Part shown: in pieces, positions 29,010-36,867 of the stretch
Numbering within the stretch: position 1 is the stretch's first letter
Layout of the letters: each line of letters opens with the position of its first letter
Source of the DNA: a virus
Lineage: Duplodnaviria > Caudoviricetes
Direction: 5' to 3' (one strand)
Virus record (IMG/VR): IMGVR_UViG_3300018012_000099
DNA: 64,000 bases
The notes under the pieces: model-generated
Databases searched by the model: none
Seen by the model: only the letters and a program-made list of their open reading frames with translations
Told to the model about the DNA's origin: nothing
Translations under genes and position numbers: made by a program

Positions 29010-29642
29010 TCAAGTTTTTGCCGTTAATTTTGAAAACCACTTAGATGATAATTGTCTGAACTTTTTAATTTGTTTAGTTTTAGATATTTTTGCTTTAGTC
29101 TCTTCTGAACGTGGCTTACCAAAAGTCCAATGTTTATCTTGACGACAAGCGTTACTTATTTTGTTTTTAGTTTCTTGCGAGTGTTGTTTACCAAACATTG
29201 AGGTTTCTTGACCTATTTTTCTTGGTCTTTGTTTGGCTTTTTCCGACATTATCTGTTTGGTGTCCAAAGAATGTGTTTTGCCAAACATTTTATTATTTTC
29301 TCCCAAATTTAATTTTGAAAGTCTCTTTTTGCTTTCTTCTGAATGCCCTCCCTTATACCCTTCACCACCGTTAGTTAAATTATAGACATTGTTCTTGCCT
29401 AATAATTCTTTAGCTCTAATAATCCACTCTATCTCAGTATAATTAGCTTGATCTTCTGTTTCTACGCTAGTAATAATATTTAATGAAAAATTTTGTCTCC
29501 CATATTTGTTAATAGCAAGATCAATAGGCATAGACTTACTTTTACATGAATTGTGTTCCCAATTTCTTCTTTTGAGATTATTAGTTTGACCAATATATAC
29601 TTTACCATTGATCAAATTTTCATAAATATAAATATCAATCAT
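29010..29642 (-). mobile_element. GIY-YIG homing endonuclease with NUMOD3-like repeats
   Basis: DIYIYENLINGKVYIGQT, VYNLTNGG and repeated FGKxHSxETK motifs. Confidence 0.9.
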
Positions 29643-29907
29643 TTTTTAAATGTTCCAATATTTCATCTAATTTATTGGTACAAATATTTTCTAGATTTTT
29701 TACTTTGACATCCAGAGATGTAATATCTTTAGCATCTTGTAAAATGTGGTCGTTCAAACTTTTTTCAATATTGCTTAATTGATCGTCATGTTTTTGTCTG
29801 TATGTTCTAATTAATCCAATTACAGAAATAACGACGGCTACTATGACGCCAACGGAACTAATAATATCTTTGAGTTGTGACCACTGAATAACAGTGGGAT
29901 CACTCAT
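29635..29907 (-). CDS. Small single-TM protein (holin- or XhlA-like)
   Basis: One hydrophobic helix (IISSVGVIVAVVISVIGLI) followed by a coiled coil. Confidence 0.45.
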   Translation of the reverse strand: MSDPTVIQWSQLKDIISSVGVIVAVVISVIGLIRTYRQKHDDQLSNIEKSLNDHILQDAKDITSLDVKVKNLENICTNKLDEILEHLKND

Positions 29908-30044
29908 TTTTTTCGCCTTTTAGTTTTGATTTTGGCGATAACGATGTCGCATTTATCACTAACTTGTTCGCAATCCGTTGCCACCTGTTCAGATGCTTCT
30001 AACACATCTGTTTGTTGTTTTACTTGTTGTTGCTTTTGTACCAT
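29904..30044 (-). CDS. 46-aa hypothetical peptide, absent from the ORF track
   Basis: MVQKQQQVKQQTDVLEASEQVATDCEQVSDKCDIVIAKIKTKRRKK; AAGGG RBS, and the stop overlaps the next ATG (ATGA). Confidence 0.55.
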   Translation of the reverse strand: MVQKQQQVKQQTDVLEASEQVATDCEQVSDKCDIVIAKIKTKRRKK

Positions 30045-30046
30045 AA

Positions 30047-30466
30047 TTACCCCTTAGTAGCAATAAAAGGCTTGAACTCATCCATCTGCGCTAAATCGGC
30101 ATTCTCATTAGCGTATTCTTCATCTTTCTTTTGCTGATCGAGGTTGGAAACTTCTAATTCTTCGTAATGCGTCTCTTTGATTTCTAAGATAGATCGTTCC
30201 CTAGTTGGAATAAAGGTCTCTTTTAAGAATGGCATACTAGGTTGAATGATGTTGGGAGCCGTTTGACGAACTTTTATCTTATCGCTCTTTTTATAGATGG
30301 ATCCGCTAGATGCTGATTTTTGAAGTTGTTCTAAGGTATATTGATAATGTCTCTTATCCAATAGATTAATGGAACGAAATGCTGGCACCGTCAGATTTAA
30401 ATCTGCCAGACTAACATTACGATTACAAACGTTAGAAATCCAGAAGGTAGGAGCTTCTTTTACCAT
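30047..30466 (-). CDS. Hypothetical protein, possible distant homolog of the 14956/18230 anchor domain
   Basis: ATG at 30466 after AGAGG. FWISN...SINLL...EQLQKSASSGSI resembles FTVKN...TRDLL...ADIRHSLIKGEL. Confidence 0.5.
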   Translation of the reverse strand: MVKEAPTFWISNVCNRNVSLADLNLTVPAFRSINLLDKRHYQYTLEQLQKSASSGSIYKKSDKIKVRQTAPNIIQPSMPFLKETFIPTRERSILEIKETHYEELEVSNLDQQKKDEEYANENADLAQMDEFKPFIATKG

Positions 30467-30480
30467 ATGAGACCTCTTTG

Positions 30481-30495
30481 TAATACTAGTATATT
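30481..30495. promoter_or_regulatory. Bidirectional AATA-N6-TATT site
   Basis: Plus strand taata ctagta tatt; minus strand gaata tactag tatt. Sits between divergent genes. Confidence 0.55.
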
Positions 30496-30525
30496 CATAA
30501 TTTGTCATAATACCAAAGGAACCAG

Positions 30526-30882
30526 ATGACCGAAATCTTACAATACATGCCGGGTATGCAAGTCACTATCTTTTTGGAAACATTAGATATCAATGGACAA
30601 CGTACCAACGATGGATATGATGGATACACCGTACCCGTGGTGACTCGTATCATTTTGCCGGGTTATACCTTAGCGATGGGATATCCACAACCACTTATTC
30701 AATTGGATGTAGGTCTATATACTTTTCAGTTTCAATTGCCTAGTGGAGCCGCGGCAGTCGGCAGTTATTTAGTAGATGTAGCCTATATGAATACGTTGGG
30801 GTTTGTGAATTATCAAACTTATCAAATTATTGTGACTGCGCCGTTTGGTCTCTACGGTATAACTGTGCCGAGTGTATCATGA
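30526..30882 (+). CDS. Small Ig-like neck-associated protein
   Basis: Resembles the N-terminal domain of 30879-31775 (GLYTFQF vs GQYSYIF, then G.Y...W/V); tandem DGYDGY. Confidence 0.55.
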   Translation: MTEILQYMPGMQVTIFLETLDINGQRTNDGYDGYTVPVVTRIILPGYTLAMGYPQPLIQLDVGLYTFQFQLPSGAAAVGSYLVDVAYMNTLGFVNYQTYQIIVTAPFGLYGITVPSVS

Positions 30883-31775
30883 TTAAGGGTAGAGGCGAAT
30901 TAATTGACGTGACAGATCAGGTCAATTTAATTGTACAATTTAAAGATGCATCAGGTAACCCCATCAACACGGATTCCTTTCCACAAATTTCTATTGTTCA
31001 ACCCAGTGGCTTGGTGCTATTAGCGCCCACTTCTATGGGAGTAGCTCAAGTGGGGACGGGTCAATATTCCTATATCTTTACCGTTCCTATCAACGGTCCT
31101 TATGGTGTCTTCAATGATGTTTGGACGGGTTTTATCAATGGTTCTCGTGTGCAAGCCACTTTGAGTTTTGTGGTGACTCACACCCAGATTCCAGCCATCA
31201 ATACGGATGGTTACATTCATTTGGGTGATGATCCAGGATTTCGTTATTCCCAATGTGCTATTCAAAATATCAACAAATTGATTAAATCACTGAAGGCTAG
31301 ACTTAACAGCGCCGGTAAAGCTAAATCGGTAGATGGTTATGGCAATACTATCTATGTGGATTGTGATATCTTTTCAATTGATATGTTGGTGACTTTTATT
31401 GCTACAGCTTTGTGGGATTTTAATCAGGTGCCGTATTTTACTTTCTTTACTTTTGATGAAGATGATTTCGTTAATCAGTTCGGGGAGATTTTGGTGGAGG
31501 GAGCTACTTTGTATGCGTTGGCTTCCAAGGCTTTGATCGAGAGGGGAAGAGAGTTTCAGATTACGGATAATGGATTGAATTTTAATCCGCCGACGGTAAG
31601 TGAGTTGATGGAGACACAGTATTCGACACTACTAACGGCATATAATGATAAGCTACGATATATAAAGAACTCACTTCGTCCGGCACCAAGAGGTTTAGGA
31701 GTATTTAGTATGAATAGTGCTATAAACCCGGCATTTGCAAGATTACGCCACCTTAGGGCGAGACGTCTGATCTAA
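30879..31775 (+). CDS. Head-tail connector (neck) protein
   Basis: Ig-like N-terminus plus helical C-terminus (GATLYALASKALIE...QYSTLL); position between head and tail genes. Confidence 0.6.
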   Translation: MIKGRGELIDVTDQVNLIVQFKDASGNPINTDSFPQISIVQPSGLVLLAPTSMGVAQVGTGQYSYIFTVPINGPYGVFNDVWTGFINGSRVQATLSFVVTHTQIPAINTDGYIHLGDDPGFRYSQCAIQNINKLIKSLKARLNSAGKAKSVDGYGNTIYVDCDIFSIDMLVTFIATALWDFNQVPYFTFFTFDEDDFVNQFGEILVEGATLYALASKALIERGREFQITDNGLNFNPPTVSELMETQYSTLLTAYNDKLRYIKNSLRPAPRGLGVFSMNSAINPAFARLRHLRARRLI

Positions 31776-31777
31776 TA

Positions 31778-32551
31778 TTATCTATGTCTAGTTCTATTAA
31801 TACCTTCTAGAAAGTTCTGTTTAGATGATAAGGGACGTAAATTATTTAATGACCAACATCTCATAAATTTTTCATCGTCCATGGAGGTATAATCAAACAG
31901 TGACTGTGGAATAATATGGTCGATTTGCCATGTCCATGTTGAGCTGGCATTATCGTCCCATGTTTTAGGATTATATTTGCCATAGTTGTCCCAAGACATC
32001 CATGGTTCGAATTGTTTTTCTAAATGCTCTTTTAGTTCTTGAATAGAATAGGGAAGATAATCTAAACAGGAATATCCATTTTTAGATGAATCATTAGACT
32101 TCAGATAAAAATTAATATTAGCCGAGACAGATGTCCTGATTCTAAAATTAGGATCATTAATGCGACGTTCTTTAGTATATTCGTTTTGATATTTTCTGAT
32201 TTTATCCGCATTTTTAATGCGATATTCTTTATCCTGTTTTAGGATATCTTCTTTGTTTTCTTGGTAATATATTTTGTTATACTCTTGTCTTTCTTCTTTA
32301 TGTTCCTGATAATACTCTTTTTGTTTTTCTAATTTTTCTTCTTTATTTTCTTCGTAGTGATCTTTTTTATAGGTTAAAATTTCTTCTTTATTTTCCTGAT
32401 AATATGTTGCGTCATACTCTCGTTGATACTTTTTAATCTTGTCTTTGTTTTTCTCACGGTATTGGCGCATATATTCGGTGTTGCACTGCTTACATTTTCC
32501 ACTCTTGCCGACATCATCCTTTTCAAGCCCGCACATACTACATTTCTTCAT
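31778..32551 (-). mobile_element. HNH homing endonuclease with N-terminal Zn finger and EKY-rich helical repeats
   Basis: CSMC...CKQC, YYQENKEE repeats, MSWDNYG...IDHIIP...NLRPL...N; start at 32551 after GGAGA. Confidence 0.85.
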
Positions 32552-32601
32552 GATTTCTCCTACCACGATCTATATCACTACTGGGAGAAGTTGAAATAAA
32601 A

Positions 32602-32970
32602 TTATTTAGGTTCTAACGGATTAGCTAAAACTCCTGAAACCGCCTCGGCTTCTATGCAAATGCCTTCTACAATAATCCAGTCGCCAGAAGTAAAGTTTTT
32701 GGTTATTTCTTGATCATTAGCTAACCAAGCATTTGGTGCGCGCCCCACTTCAACATTATCTGTTTCAATGACTATCTGTAGGGGCAATTTTTGGGCTGCC
32801 GGGTGGACATAGCTGTGTGAAAATAATCCTTCCATTTTTAATCGATCAAACATTATTCTGGACACATCCAACTTATGACCATTATAGGGACCGACGCCAG
32901 CATAAGTAATAGATTGAATTTTGCCCACTAAAACATCACCCAGTAAGACTTTTATATTTATATATGTCAT
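32602..32970 (-). CDS. Shortened paralog of the tail tube protein
   Basis: VGKIQS, RIMFDRLKMEGLFSHSYVHPAAQKLPLQIVI and DWIIVEGICIEAEAV align with tube VGAVQS, RVRFDRLRVAEAFSRGFVHVASQAYPFDIVI and DWVITDTMTWEAETI. Confidence 0.75.
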   Translation of the reverse strand: MTYINIKVLLGDVLVGKIQSITYAGVGPYNGHKLDVSRIMFDRLKMEGLFSHSYVHPAAQKLPLQIVIETDNVEVGRAPNAWLANDQEITKNFTSGDWIIVEGICIEAEAVSGVLANPLEPK

Positions 32971-33002
32971 ATGAAACAATATATCAGAGACCAGCTAACT
33001 TC

Positions 33003-33554
33003 TCAAATACTTCTATCTGATTCAACAGCGCTCCGTGCTTCTTTCTCTCGGGCGCTTTCAATTGGTAAGGTGGTAAAGAGCTTGGTATCTCCCTCATCTC
33101 CGCCCCACAGCACCGCTTCCTGCACCATAAACTGCAAGGGCGTGTCCATCTTATAATCATCATATCCATGGGGAGAATAAGCCAAGGTAATATGGGGCTT
33201 GTATTCTTTGAAGGTCTGCTTAAAATCCACTTTAGCGGCTTGCAAGGCTTTGACCAATTTTTTATGCAATTGGTGCAATTCCTCCGACTTGACGGGGGCG
33301 ATGATGGGAACGGGATGATCGGGGCGAGGAGGAAAATGTGAGACGTGATCTGCTTTGACGGAGAAGGGCTCCGTCTCCGCCATAATTTCATAAGCCGCTT
33401 CGGTGGCTTTCAACATCTTCTTGATGGACCAGTTATCTTCAAACACCAATAAAGTAATATGATACTCCGAAGGTGTTTCTTTTTCACCCGGAACCTCCAA
33501 ATTACGAATTAATCTGCCCACCTCGTGGGGCACGCGAATTCCCAAAAAAGCCAT
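33003..33554 (-). CDS. 2H phosphoesterase (LigT/ThpR-like)
   Basis: Two HxT motifs, EYHITL and KPHITLAY, at the expected spacing. Confidence 0.88.
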   Translation of the reverse strand: MAFLGIRVPHEVGRLIRNLEVPGEKETPSEYHITLLVFEDNWSIKKMLKATEAAYEIMAETEPFSVKADHVSHFPPRPDHPVPIIAPVKSEELHQLHKKLVKALQAAKVDFKQTFKEYKPHITLAYSPHGYDDYKMDTPLQFMVQEAVLWGGDEGDTKLFTTLPIESAREKEARSAVESDRSI

Positions 33555-33603
33555 AGCTTAACCTCTATATCATATGGTAATATGACTATTTTCTCATTTC
33601 TAT

Positions 33604-34146
33604 ATGTCTTTCAAGAAACATGAGAAAATCCCACTCTCGGTGGCACGCAAATTACCCTATAAGTCACTGGCTCGCATGATTAAAAAGATGCGCGAGTACT
33701 TGAAGAAGGACCCAGTGGTGCAGGAAATGTTCAAGGACTATGGGGTGGAGATCGAAGAAATTGATTATATTCCTATGATGTTTGGAAATATTGATGTCTC
33801 GGCCAAGACGGATCATGGCGTCATTATCTTTAACTTTAAATTGCTGACCGATGGTGATTTTTTCGAAGATTTTTCCTACGGGGTGCATGAAATGACCCAC
33901 TGGCTGCAACAAACTACGGGTAATAAAGCGACTCGTAGTTCGGATGATGGTAACTATCTTAGAAATCCTTTTGAACAGGAAGGGTTTGCTAATCAGGTAG
34001 AATATATTGCAAATCAATTTGGCGATGGTAAGGCGGAAAAGTACGTGGACGATTTATTAGATCATCATGATGTAGATGGTAAAAAAGAAAAAGATGAATT
34101 AAAAGCTATCTTCCTTGACAAAGTGGCAGGAAAATATTCTTTCTGA
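33604..34146 (+). CDS. Zincin-type metallopeptidase-like protein
   Basis: VHEMTHWLQ (HExxH) with a downstream NPFEQEG candidate third ligand. Confidence 0.65.
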   Translation: MSFKKHEKIPLSVARKLPYKSLARMIKKMREYLKKDPVVQEMFKDYGVEIEEIDYIPMMFGNIDVSAKTDHGVIIFNFKLLTDGDFFEDFSYGVHEMTHWLQQTTGNKATRSSDDGNYLRNPFEQEGFANQVEYIANQFGDGKAEKYVDDLLDHHDVDGKKEKDELKAIFLDKVAGKYSF

Positions 34147-34151
34147 AAAAT

Positions 34152-34742
34152 TTAATTCTTATTACTATTTATTAGATTTTGTTTGGCGCTCAAAGGGCGG
34201 AGGTTATCAAGAGACCAACATTTCTTGAAGTTATCATCTTCCATGCTTGTGTACGGTAATTTGCTTTGTGGGATAATATGATCGATATTCCATGTCCAAG
34301 TAGATGGATCATTATCGTCCCAAGTTTGAGCACTATATTTGCCATAGTTGTCCCAGGTCATCCATGCTTCAAACTGTTTTTCTAAATGGTCTTTTAAATC
34401 TTTAATATCATATTCTAGATATTTGAGACATGATTCATTATTTTTGGAAGAATTATTAAGTTTCATATAGTATGCTATGTATTTGGATACATGCCCACGT
34501 AATTTGAAATATGGATTATTCCTTTTTTTACTGTGGTAATATCTGGCATTCTTTTCTTTTATTTTGTTTTTATTATTTTGCCTATAAATTTTTCCATCTT
34601 CGGCTAATTTTTCTTTGTTCTTTTGGTTGTATATTTTTCGATAAGTTTTTAGGAAAATTTTTCTGCAATCCTTGCATTGGTTGCGATTTTTTTCAAAGCA
34701 TGTTTCATCTTTGTAATTTTTACACATCGTACATTGTTTCAT
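34152..34742 (-). mobile_element. HNH homing endonuclease, paralog of 31778-32551
   Basis: CTMC...CKDC; the C-terminal HLEKQFE.WM.WDNYGKY...WDDN..STWTW.IDHIIPQS is nearly identical to the first copy. Confidence 0.85.
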
Positions 34743-34771
34743 GAATTTTATCGATAAATTGATATTGTGGT

Positions 34772-36760
34772 ATGGTAACTTATGCTGATCCAGTTCGAGT
34801 GGGGCTATCTCGCGTAGCATCAATGGGTGATGGTTACACTATTAATATATCATGGTTTCAGGCTTATTCCACGCTTCCTTCAAACAAAATAGCTTATCAT
34901 ATTTATTATGGTACGGATAACACTAAATTAATTCCAGATTCAGAATATCCAGACATATTTTCTGAAGGTGTCAAGCTGGTGGTGATTGATGGTTCCACCG
35001 AAGTTAATGTGATTGGATTAACTCCAGGTCAGGAATACTGGTTTTGTGTGCGACCGGTAGAGTATGATCCAACCATTTTTAATTTGTCAAATTTACCTAT
35101 TGCTCATGATAACGTGCGTTTTTATCCCAGTAGCTTGCTCCGTCAAAATATGACGGCTACCGATTTGATTGTGCCACTAATGGATGTGGAAGGATTTCCC
35201 AATATGGGAGTCGTGCAAGTAGGTATAGAACTAATTTTATATTTAGCGGTAGATGCGGTCAATAACAATTTGATTGTACCGGGCGGCACCTCTCCAATTA
35301 GTGGACATTTGGTATTACAATCTAACAATCAATACTATTTGCCAAACCCTAATAATACGGGACAGGGATCTTTAGGTTCTTTGACTTTGGTAGGTGGTGA
35401 CACTAATGGCACCTACAGTATTAGGTGCATCTTTGTGCAACGAGATGGTAGTGGTAATCCCATCTCCGGCACTGCTAAATTCGTGGTTATTAGTCCCCCA
35501 CCAGGCGATCCGGTGGATGGTTATGGCAACTACCCAGTTTGGGTGGCTAACGGTCCGATAGTTTCTGATGGTATCTTGAGTTTTGGTATTGTTGAAAATG
35601 ATGGATATACTTTTGTACCGGGCGATTCTTTTACCGTCCAAGTAGCCGGAGCACAACCAGGTCTGTCCAGCGGTCGTGGCTATGATAACACTCCGATTAC
35701 CTCTCACTCGGTTAGTGGTTTCGATGGCTACAATACCTGGAATCCTTTGGTTACTGTCTTTACTTTAACCGAGTCTCGCCTTTATGATCAGATGTATGTT
35801 TGCTTATCTCGTTTTGAATATCCTAACTTTCCTTTCACTATTATTGATGGTTATAGGCAGGTACCCGTCGATTATTTGAGCACAGATTTAGCTGCCGCTG
35901 ACGCGGCTAATGTTACTTTCCCGATATACGACTATGCGGGCTATCACCGTACTGATCCGGTACAATTGCTCAATGGTACTTGCGTAGGCAGTTACATCGG
36001 TGGAGAGATGGGTTGTATCGATGCTTACGGCAACTACAACATCTATCGTGGTTTCTCACTCCAGGATCAAAATACTCAGCGTCAAGACATTTTATTGTCC
36101 GTTACGGGGCAACCAGCTGTTCTAGTACAGAGAGTGCAGACGGGAGACGTATGCAGTTGTTACCTCTCCACTAGCGAATATCCTGACGACCGTTGCCCGT
36201 TCTGCTACGGCACCAAGTTTGTCTTTGGATACACCCAATATTTCAATCCGCGTCAGTCGGACGGACGCATCATGGTGCGTTTGGGACCAACTGCTGAAAA
36301 TCTAAAAATGCATGAAGGTGGTTTGGAATCTGAGTTCCCGCTAGATATTTGGACTCTCACGGTGCCTACCATCAAGACACGTGATTTCTTGATTTTGTTC
36401 GACCAGAACGATAACGAATCCTTCCGCTACGAAGTAGGGGACGTCATTCGTAATCAGACCATTTTAGGTCAAGATGGCGGTCAGCACTTGAAGACCTTCC
36501 GTATCCGTAAGACCGATCCGGCTTATCAAGTTAGGGTGTTCCGTAACACTTCCGATTTTCCAAATACCATCAATACTTCTTTGGGTATGGCTCCTCCTGC
36601 TATTCCGCCTCATAGCCACACCATCGTAGTAAATGAAAAGGTTTTGGCGGTCAGCCAAATTAATCAGACTACCGGTATCTCACAGGGACATAATCACCCA
36701 ATTACGGATGGGGTCGTTCAAACGGTGCTCGGGCATACACATACTATTATTCTCCCCTGA
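34772..36760 (+). CDS. Head-closure / neck protein with accessory domains
   Basis: FN3-like N-terminus, a domain shared with the sheath, a CSCY...CPFC Zn site, a head-closure-like C-half (IKTRDFLI...RYEV) and HxH repeats at the end. Confidence 0.6.
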   Translation: MVTYADPVRVGLSRVASMGDGYTINISWFQAYSTLPSNKIAYHIYYGTDNTKLIPDSEYPDIFSEGVKLVVIDGSTEVNVIGLTPGQEYWFCVRPVEYDPTIFNLSNLPIAHDNVRFYPSSLLRQNMTATDLIVPLMDVEGFPNMGVVQVGIELILYLAVDAVNNNLIVPGGTSPISGHLVLQSNNQYYLPNPNNTGQGSLGSLTLVGGDTNGTYSIRCIFVQRDGSGNPISGTAKFVVISPPPGDPVDGYGNYPVWVANGPIVSDGILSFGIVENDGYTFVPGDSFTVQVAGAQPGLSSGRGYDNTPITSHSVSGFDGYNTWNPLVTVFTLTESRLYDQMYVCLSRFEYPNFPFTIIDGYRQVPVDYLSTDLAAADAANVTFPIYDYAGYHRTDPVQLLNGTCVGSYIGGEMGCIDAYGNYNIYRGFSLQDQNTQRQDILLSVTGQPAVLVQRVQTGDVCSCYLSTSEYPDDRCPFCYGTKFVFGYTQYFNPRQSDGRIMVRLGPTAENLKMHEGGLESEFPLDIWTLTVPTIKTRDFLILFDQNDNESFRYEVGDVIRNQTILGQDGGQHLKTFRIRKTDPAYQVRVFRNTSDFPNTINTSLGMAPPAIPPHSHTIVVNEKVLAVSQINQTTGISQGHNHPITDGVVQTVLGHTHTIILP

Positions 36761-36847
36761 TCTATGCATAGCTCTGGAAACCATTTAAGCGACAACTATC
36801 AGACAAATTGGGTTGAAATATAATTCGGTCGTCAAGATTATAAAGAC

Positions 36848-36862
36848 TAATAAAAAGCCATA
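36848..36862 (+). promoter_or_regulatory. TAATA-N6-CATA putative late promoter
   Basis: taata aaaagc cata just before ATG 36868. Confidence 0.5.
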
Positions 36863-36867
36863 ACATC

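Noticed and set aside
31778-34742. Eukaryotic giant-virus origin, suggested by this HNH family and polyproline tracts
   Set aside because: Shine-Dalgarno sites, coupled operons, intrinsic terminators, an HK97-type capsid and a contractile tail indicate a prokaryotic tailed virus.
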